A stretch of DNA of 11,082 bases, from the NCBI GenBank assembly GCA_034440375.1, contig JAWXBZ010000171.1, positions 1-11,082 on the forward strand, read 5' to 3'. This DNA comes from Candidatus Eiseniibacteriota bacterium (lineage in GTDB: Bacteria; Eisenbacteria; RBG-16-71-46; JABDJR01; JAWXBZ01). Below are positions 5,446 to 11,082 of the stretch, piece by piece. The notes under the pieces are model-generated. The model ran no database searches. It was not told where the DNA came from and worked only from the letters and a program-made list of their open reading frames with translations. Position 1 is the first letter of the stretch. Every line of letters starts with the position of its first letter. Both the position numbers and the translations under genes were made by a program.

Positions 5446-7272
5446 TCAGGCGCCGGGATAGACGCTGAGTGCCTTGTTCCATTCGGTGAGTTTCCTGACG
5501 CGGGTGGCTTCGTCGGTCGGGAGTTCGAACGGCCGGCGACCACGGGCATCGATGATCAGACCGACAACGCCGCCGACGGCCTCGAATGTGCGCGACTTCC
5601 CCTTCCCGGCGCCGACATCGAAATTCTTCGTCGGCTCGAGCGTGACGGGCGCCTGCTGCCCGGCGTCCAGCGTCATCAGCAGCATCTGGCCGAAGGTGAC
5701 CTCCCGCTTGTCGGGAGCGCCCCCCGCGTGGTTCACGGTGACGGTAACGCACGCCTCGCCATCCTTGGCCCGGCCGACCGGCGCGATGCAGGTGCCGAGG
5801 CGGATCAGGCAGTCCTTCTTGAACACTTCATTGGCGGCGTGGGGGTATTTTGTCGACATGACGCCGAGCTGCGGCATCATGAAGATGGAATCGACGGCCA
5901 GCTGCGTGTCGAACTCCGGCAGGAAGGCATCGATCATCATGATCGCCGACTGAACCCGTCGCGGGGCATGACTCAACACGCCACCCGATCCGACCACCAG
6001 GGCCAGTGTCTCCATGTTGACCAGCGTCTCACCGGAGGCGGTCTGGCTGAAGGTGTCGGAAATTGTCCGCTCCTGCTGCACCCCCTTCAGGCCGACGGCC
6101 AGTGACTTGTGCTGGATCAGCGCCAGTCGCAGTGCCTCGCGGCTGATGGCCTGCTCGACCTGGAGTTCCTCCAGCGTTTGTGGAATCGTGGTCGGGCGGA
6201 TCATCTTGTTCTTGATCCGGTTTCGCAGATCGCCCGGGTCCATCTGAAACGGCACCCAGCGCATGACGTTGTCGATGCCGGCCTCCGCCAGCACGTTCGA
6301 CACCGAGTAGGACATTCCCAGGTTGGCGCTGACCGTCCTGTTGAAAATCTTGCTGAAGACGGAAAAGACGTCGGTGGTGGCCCCGCCGATGTCGACGCCC
6401 AGCACGTCGATGTCCTCCTCCTTCGCGATGGTTTCGATCATGAGACCGACCGCGCCCGGCGTCGGCATTACCGGCACCGGGGTCCAGGTCACCAGCTTGT
6501 TATAGCCCGGCGCGTGGGCCATCACATGCTCCATGAAGAGGTGATGGATGGCATCACGGGCCGGCCGCAAATTCTCGGATTCGAGTGTCGGCCGCAGGTT
6601 GTCGACCATTTCCAGGTCGGTTCGATCGCCGATTCGCTCTTTCACGATCGACTGAGCTTCCTTGTTGCCGGCGTAGATGACCGGCAGCTTGTACTGCGTT
6701 CCGAGACGGGCCTTGGGATCGGCGGCCGCGATCAGTTCGGCCATTTCGGCCACCTTGATCTTGTCGCCGCCGTCGGTTCCGCCGGACAGGAGAACCATGT
6801 CCGGTCGAAGATGCCGGATCCGCTGGATTCGCTCGTGCGGCAGCCGGCCGTCGTTGGCGGCCAGCACGTCCATGACGATGGCCCCCGCGCCCAGCGCCGC
6901 GCGCTCGGCCGATTCGGCGCTCATGGCCTTCACGGCGCCGGTCACCATCATCTGGAGTCCGCCGCCGGCCGACGAGGTCGAGAGGTAGATGTCCACGCCC
7001 CGGTTCCCCTCTTGCGGCGTGATGATCGTTTCGCCATCCAGAATCTGGCGCCCCGCAAGCTCCTCCACCTCACGGATGGCATTCAGCACACCGCGGGTAA
7101 CGTCCTCGAACGGGGCCTCGACTGTGGTCGGCGCCTCGCCCCGGACCGTCAGACGGTATTCGCCGTTTTTCTTCTCGATCAGAATGGCTTTCGTCGTGGT
7201 GCTGCCGCAGTCCGTGGCCAGCACCGACTGTACCTCGGTTGGAATTCGCGCCGAGTGCGTCTCGTTCGTCAC
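5446..7272 (-). CDS. Glutamate mutase L (GlmL/MutL)-family ASKHA/actin-like ATPase, 608 aa; not DNA-repair MutL
   Basis: Start reassigned to GTG 7272 (GTGA overlap with the upstream stop; SD AGAGGGGAG). Phosphate-1 TDCGSTTTK, SSAGGGLQM, PDMVLLSGGTDGG, PVIYAGN, MPTPGAV, phosphate-2 VDIGGATTDVFS, RTVSANLGM and adenosine motif VVGSGGVLSH all follow the GlmL pattern. Confidence 0.85.
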   Translation of the reverse strand: MTNETHSARIPTEVQSVLATDCGSTTTKAILIEKKNGEYRLTVRGEAPTTVEAPFEDVTRGVLNAIREVEELAGRQILDGETIITPQEGNRGVDIYLSTSSAGGGLQMMVTGAVKAMSAESAERAALGAGAIVMDVLAANDGRLPHERIQRIRHLRPDMVLLSGGTDGGDKIKVAEMAELIAAADPKARLGTQYKLPVIYAGNKEAQSIVKERIGDRTDLEMVDNLRPTLESENLRPARDAIHHLFMEHVMAHAPGYNKLVTWTPVPVMPTPGAVGLMIETIAKEEDIDVLGVDIGGATTDVFSVFSKIFNRTVSANLGMSYSVSNVLAEAGIDNVMRWVPFQMDPGDLRNRIKNKMIRPTTIPQTLEELQVEQAISREALRLALIQHKSLAVGLKGVQQERTISDTFSQTASGETLVNMETLALVVGSGGVLSHAPRRVQSAIMMIDAFLPEFDTQLAVDSIFMMPQLGVMSTKYPHAANEVFKKDCLIRLGTCIAPVGRAKDGEACVTVTVNHAGGAPDKREVTFGQMLLMTLDAGQQAPVTLEPTKNFDVGAGKGKSRTFEAVGGVVGLIIDARGRRPFELPTDEATRVRKLTEWNKALSVYPGA

Positions 7273-7658
7273 GGTTTGCGCTCCCCTCTTATCGATCGTC
7301 GCGCCGCCTCTTCGGTGGCGCGCTGTCTGCGAGCTTGCTTCGCCAGCCGTTCCCGCTCCCCGGATTCCGCCTCCCGGGCCTCGATGGCCAGGAGAAGCCT
7401 TTCCACGTTTGCCCGGTCCTCCATCAGGACCGCCACCCGACGATACTGATCGCCCTTGATGACGCTCCGAACGATCGGCTCGAGGAAATAGAGAAACTGG
7501 CTTCCCAGAAAACTCAACGGCCGCGTCGATTCCAAAAACAGAATTGCCGGCACCGTCATGCGTCGCGAGACGATCGCCGTGGCGATCCACTCGAGCAGAT
7601 CAAGATCCTCCGGCGTTGGCTCGCCCGGGCCGGTCTGCCCGTCAGCGGGCCGGTTCAC
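7269..7658 (-). CDS. Hypothetical helical protein, about 129 aa
   Basis: Start reassigned to GTG 7658 (SD GGGAG; 17-nt overlap with the upstream gene). Core IVSRRMTVPAILFLESTRPLSFLGSQFLYFLEPIV...LMEDRANVERLLLAIE plus a charged C-terminal helix. Its stop overlaps the ATPase start. Confidence 0.78.
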   Translation of the reverse strand: MNRPADGQTGPGEPTPEDLDLLEWIATAIVSRRMTVPAILFLESTRPLSFLGSQFLYFLEPIVRSVIKGDQYRRVAVLMEDRANVERLLLAIEAREAESGERERLAKQARRQRATEEAARRSIRGERKP

Positions 7659-8082
7659 CGAGGCGCTCCCGAAGCCGCGCACGGACGGCCTCTTCCCGAT
7701 CTCCAAAAAGCAGCCGGATGGCCCGGTACGATTCGAGCCAGCTCCGTCCGACGAAAGGTGACAGCGTCGCCCCGCGTCGATCGACATAATACGACTTGAT
7801 TTCGGGCCATGCGCGACGTCGCCTCATAAACGGCGAATCGACCTCGACTCCCCCATCATCCAACACGAAACGACTGTTGACGAAGAAGGGCCCGACCGAA
7901 CCGCTGAGAATCAAAAGGGCCAGCAGACCAAAGAACCAGATTCCTCCCGAAAACCAGATCGATCCGACCACTCCGGCCGCGACAACCACCACCGCGAACA
8001 AGGCCTTTTTCGGTTCGCGGCGCCAGGGCGCCACCCGCCATTCCAGAGGCTCCGACGGCGAAGCAAGGGAATCGCCGGTCAA
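7642..8082 (-). CDS. Hypothetical 2-TM membrane protein with a beta-rich, bacterial-PH-like C-terminal domain, about 146 aa
   Basis: TM hairpin ALFAVVVVAAGVVGSIWF / IWFFGLLALLILSGSV followed by RFVLDDGGVEVDSPFMRRRRAWPEIKSY. Start is either TTG 8082 (TTGA overlap with the gcvPB stop) or GTG 8100. Confidence 0.75.
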   Translation of the reverse strand: MTGDSLASPSEPLEWRVAPWRREPKKALFAVVVVAAGVVGSIWFSGGIWFFGLLALLILSGSVGPFFVNSRFVLDDGGVEVDSPFMRRRRAWPEIKSYYVDRRGATLSPFVGRSWLESYRAIRLLFGDREEAVRARLRERLGEPAR

Positions 8083-9539
8083 CCGGCCGCCGGCCGCCAC
8101 CGGAGTTTCGCCTCGCGGGCCGCCTTCCCTTCGTCCGGCCGCCGAACCGGTGTGGTGTGCGGCGCGTTCTTCACGATTTCCGGATTTTCGAGCGCCTCGC
8201 GCGCGATCGTCCGCATGATCTCGACGAACCGGTCAAGGGTGTCTTTCGTTTCCGACTCGGTCGGTTCGATCATGAGCGCCTCTTCGACGATCAACGGGAA
8301 GTAGACCGTCGGTGCGTACATGCCGAAGTCGAGGATTCTCTTGGCGATATCCATCGTTCGAACGCCATTCGACTTGAACTTCCGCCCGGACAGGACGCAT
8401 TCGTGCATGCATGGCCCGGCATAAGGCAGTTCGAAAATCGGCGCCAGCTTTGTCATCAGGTAGTTGGCATTGATGACCGCCATCCGGCTCATGCGCTCGA
8501 CACCCTCCCGGCCAAGCAGCCAGAGATAGGCCGTCGTGCGGACCAGCGCGCCATAGTTACCGTGGTGACCGTGCAGGCGCCCGATGGACTTCGGCCGATC
8601 GTAATCCAGCCGGAATCGGCCATCGGCGTCGCGGACAACCTCTGGTGCCGGCAGGTAGGGCGCCAGGTCGGCCCGAACACAAACCGGCCCGGCTCCCGGA
8701 CCGCCGCCGCCATGCGGCTGGCTGAATGTCTTGTGAAGGTTCAGATGCATCATGTCGAAGCCCATGTCGCCCGGCCGGATCTGACCCGCCAGCGCGTTCA
8801 TGTTGGCCCCATCCATGTAGACCAATCCACCGGCCTCGTGCACGAGCGCCGTGATTATTTCGACGTCACGCTCGAAGATGCCCAGAGTATTGGGATTGGT
8901 CAGCATCATCGCCGCCGTTTCGGGGCCAAGCGCGGCCTTGAGCGCTTCCAGGTCCACCAGGCCGGCGGCGTTGGACTTGATCTCGATGACCTTCATGCCG
9001 GCAATCCGTACCGTTGCCGGATTCGTGCCGTGGGCCGAATCGGGAATGATGACCTTGTCCCGTTCCGGCTGGCCGCGATCGATGTGATACCGCCGGCACA
9101 TCAGCATGGCGGTCAGTTCACCCTGGGCCCCGGCAGCCGGCTGTAGCGTGACCGCCGGCAGGCCGGTGATCTCGGCCAGCATGGTCTTCAGGTCAAACAG
9201 GAGCGCCAGGGCCCCCTGGCTCACCTCTTCCGGCGCCAGCGGATGAATATCGGACATTCCCGGCAGTGCCGCCGCCCGATCATTCACCTTCGGGTTGTAC
9301 TTCATCGTGCACGACCCGAGCGGATAGAAATCCCGGTCCACGTGATGATTCAGCACGGAGATGTTGGTGAAATGCCGGACGACCTCGGGCTCACTCACCT
9401 CCGGAAGTTCCGGCGGCTTTTCGCGCCGGAACTTCCGGGGTACTGCGTCATCGTCGGAGAGCGCCGGCACGTCGAGCTTCGGCATCGTGTAACCGGTGCG
9501 TCCCCGCGAGGACATCTCAAAGATCAGCCGGTTATCCAC
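8079..9539 (-). CDS. gcvPB: Glycine dehydrogenase (decarboxylating) subunit 2, 486 aa
   Basis: LIFEMS..GR, LPEVSEPEVVRHF, YPLGSCTMKYNPK, QPAAGAQGE, PDSAHGTNPA, YMDGANMNA, PLP-lysine motif HLNLHKTFSQPHGGGGPG, IEPTESE. Start probably GTG 9539 (8-nt overlap with gcvPA; GGTGGT SD-like). Confidence 0.97.
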   Translation of the reverse strand: MDNRLIFEMSSRGRTGYTMPKLDVPALSDDDAVPRKFRREKPPELPEVSEPEVVRHFTNISVLNHHVDRDFYPLGSCTMKYNPKVNDRAAALPGMSDIHPLAPEEVSQGALALLFDLKTMLAEITGLPAVTLQPAAGAQGELTAMLMCRRYHIDRGQPERDKVIIPDSAHGTNPATVRIAGMKVIEIKSNAAGLVDLEALKAALGPETAAMMLTNPNTLGIFERDVEIITALVHEAGGLVYMDGANMNALAGQIRPGDMGFDMMHLNLHKTFSQPHGGGGPGAGPVCVRADLAPYLPAPEVVRDADGRFRLDYDRPKSIGRLHGHHGNYGALVRTTAYLWLLGREGVERMSRMAVINANYLMTKLAPIFELPYAGPCMHECVLSGRKFKSNGVRTMDIAKRILDFGMYAPTVYFPLIVEEALMIEPTESETKDTLDRFVEIMRTIAREALENPEIVKNAPHTTPVRRPDEGKAAREAKLRWRPAAG

Positions 9540-10917
9540 GCGGACCACCACTACCGACACTACTGGCGGCCGCAGCCGCCAGGACCTCAGACAGCTTCAG
9601 GATGTCCGCCGCGCTACGCTTCTCGGTAACCGCCACCAGGAGCAGGTCTTTCCACGCCGAATCGAAGCGCCCCAGGTCCAACCCCGCCAAAATCTGATGC
9701 TCCAGCCCACAGCGCACCACATCCGCCGCCGGCACCGGGCATTGGACCACGAACTCCTTCACGTGCGCGCCCGAAAGCGGAATCGAATAGCCGGGGATGG
9801 CCGCAATCGTGCGCGCGGCGTGGGAGGCCCGCGCGTGGCACTGCTCTCCCAGTTCCCTGATCCCGGCCGGACCAAGCAGGCTCATGTAAACCGTGGCCCG
9901 ATGGGCCAGGAGCGTCTGGTTGGTGCAGATGTTGGATGTGGCCTTCTCGCGCCGGATGTGCTGCTCGCGGGTTTGCAGTGTCAAGGTCCAGCAGCGCTTC
10001 CCGTCCCGGTCGACCGTTTCGCCGACGAGGCGTCCGGGCATCTGGCGCAGATACTTCTGGTTGGCCGCGAAAAAGCCGGCCACCGGACCGCCGTAGGCCA
10101 TCGGGATTCCGAGCGGCTGACATTCGCCTACCGCGATGTCCGCGCCATAGGCGCCGGGGGGGGCCAGGATTCCGAGAGTGCTCGGGTCAACGACAGCAAC
10201 AAAAAGCCCCCCCTTTGCCTGGGTCAGCTCCCGAATTTCGTCCATCGCCTCAAGCTGCCCGAAGAAATTCGGGTGCTGCACGAAGACAGCCGCGGTCGAG
10301 TCGTCCAGGTTGGCCTTGAGCCAATCGAGATCCGCCACATGATCGGGCGCGGGGTCGACCACCACCTGGTGACCCGACATCTCAACGTAGGTTTTCAGCG
10401 TGTCGCGATAGTGTGGATGAAATCGGCCGGCGATGATCGTCTTCGACCGGCCCGTCACCGACGCGGCCAGCAACGCCGCCTCGCCCGCCGCCGAAGCCCC
10501 GTCGTAAAGCGAGGCGTTGGCCACAGGGAGTCCGGTCAGCTCGGAGATCATGGTCTGGAATTCGTAGATGGCGATCAGCGTTCCCTGGCTCACCTCGGCC
10601 TGGTAGGGCGTGTAGGCCGTGTAGAATTCCGAACGCATCGTCACATGATCAATCACGCTGGGGATGTGGTGATCGTAGATGCCGCCGCCGAGAAAGCAGG
10701 TGTAGCGGCCGGCGCCGGCGTTCTGATTGCCCAGGGCCGAAATGTCCCGCACCACTTCCCACTCCGAGCGACCCGGATGGATATCGAGGTGTCCCTTGAG
10801 GCGCAGCTTTTCGGGCAGGGACAAAAGGAGATCTTCGAATCGCCTGACGCCGATGGCCTCGAGCATGGCGGCTTCATCCGCCGCCGTTCCAGGAATGTAG
10901 GGGTGGGTTCCGCTCAC
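9532..10917 (-). CDS. gcvPA: Glycine dehydrogenase (decarboxylating) subunit 1, 461 aa
   Basis: PYIP, FLGGGIYDH, RSEFYTAYTPYQAEVSQGTL, VANASLYDG, QHPNFFG, YGGP, MPGRLVG, LQTREQHIRREKATSNICTNQ. Confidence 0.97.
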   Translation of the reverse strand: MSGTHPYIPGTAADEAAMLEAIGVRRFEDLLLSLPEKLRLKGHLDIHPGRSEWEVVRDISALGNQNAGAGRYTCFLGGGIYDHHIPSVIDHVTMRSEFYTAYTPYQAEVSQGTLIAIYEFQTMISELTGLPVANASLYDGASAAGEAALLAASVTGRSKTIIAGRFHPHYRDTLKTYVEMSGHQVVVDPAPDHVADLDWLKANLDDSTAAVFVQHPNFFGQLEAMDEIRELTQAKGGLFVAVVDPSTLGILAPPGAYGADIAVGECQPLGIPMAYGGPVAGFFAANQKYLRQMPGRLVGETVDRDGKRCWTLTLQTREQHIRREKATSNICTNQTLLAHRATVYMSLLGPAGIRELGEQCHARASHAARTIAAIPGYSIPLSGAHVKEFVVQCPVPAADVVRCGLEHQILAGLDLGRFDSAWKDLLLVAVTEKRSAADILKLSEVLAAAAASSVGSGGPRG

Positions 10918-11081
10918 TGACCAATCAGCTCCCGATATGCCTGCGATGACATCAGACCCTCCAGCTCGGCCGGATTGGACATCCGGACCTTGATCATCCA
11001 GCCGTCGTCGAAGGGTGATTTGTTGACGGTATCCGGAGCGTCATTCAGGGCGGTGTTGACGTCGATGATCTTGCCCGACAC
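10914..11081 (-). CDS. gcvH: Glycine cleavage system H protein, C-terminal part; truncated by the right edge
   Basis: Not in the ORF track. Manual translation gives VSGKIIDVNTALNDAPDTVNKSPFDDGWMIKVRMSNPAELEGLMSSQAYRELIGQ*, a typical GcvH C-terminus. Its TGA overlaps the gcvPA GTG. Confidence 0.95.
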   Translation of the reverse strand: MSGKIIDVNTALNDAPDTVNKSPFDDGWMIKVRMSNPAELEGLMSSQAYRELIGQ

Positions 11082-11082
11082 C

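Noticed and set aside
5433-5549. N-terminal extension of the 412-aa ORF
   Set aside because: Overlaps the ATPase 3' end; the strong SD supports GTG 5432.
5446-7272. DNA mismatch-repair mutL or a catalytic glutamate mutase subunit
   Set aside because: No GHKL motifs and no DxHxxG B12-binding motif; the motifs are ASKHA-type.
7273-7590. 106-aa N-terminal extension of the 714-aa ATPase ORF
   Set aside because: Low-complexity Gly/Arg sequence overlapping a better gene; the SD and GTGA overlap point to a start at 7272.
10156-10163. G8 homopolymer as a phase-variation tract in gcvPA
   Set aside because: It encodes the ordinary in-frame APPG motif of GcvPA and the frame is intact.
62-10920. Long plus-strand ORFs (e.g. 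62..646, 964..2430, 4449..5468, 6109..7449, 8157..9146, 9496..10920)
   Set aside because: Antisense shadows of the minus-strand genes, expected from high GC3 codon bias; no recognisable motifs.
1-11082. CRISPR arrays, tRNA/rRNA, glycine riboswitch, IS elements, intrinsic terminators
   Set aside because: The window is almost fully coding and the longest spacer is 63 nt. No repeat-spacer pattern, transposase, or hairpin with U-tract was seen; any riboswitch would lie upstream, outside the window.

Overview
GC-rich bacterial chromosomal window carrying one co-directional minus-strand gene string, both ends truncated. In transcription order (right to left): gcvH (3' part), gcvPA, gcvPB, a small 2-TM protein with a PH-like tail, a small helical hypothetical, an orphan GlmL/MutL(glutamate mutase L)-family ASKHA ATPase, a barrel-sandwich-hybrid/KOW protein, an ArsN1-like GNAT fused to an LMW-PTP-fold ArsC, a DUF6754-like protein, three further membrane or membrane-anchored hypotheticals, and a lipoate-ligase/octanoyltransferase (5' part, absent from the ORF track). 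The main point of interest is an eight-gene cassette of unknown function (ATPase, partner protein, putative membrane complex) placed between the glycine cleavage genes and a lipoylation gene and joined to both by gene overlaps. An orphan arsN-arsC fusion sits inside it. Family names come from motif recognition and memory, not database searches. No RNA genes, CRISPR arrays or mobile elements were seen.
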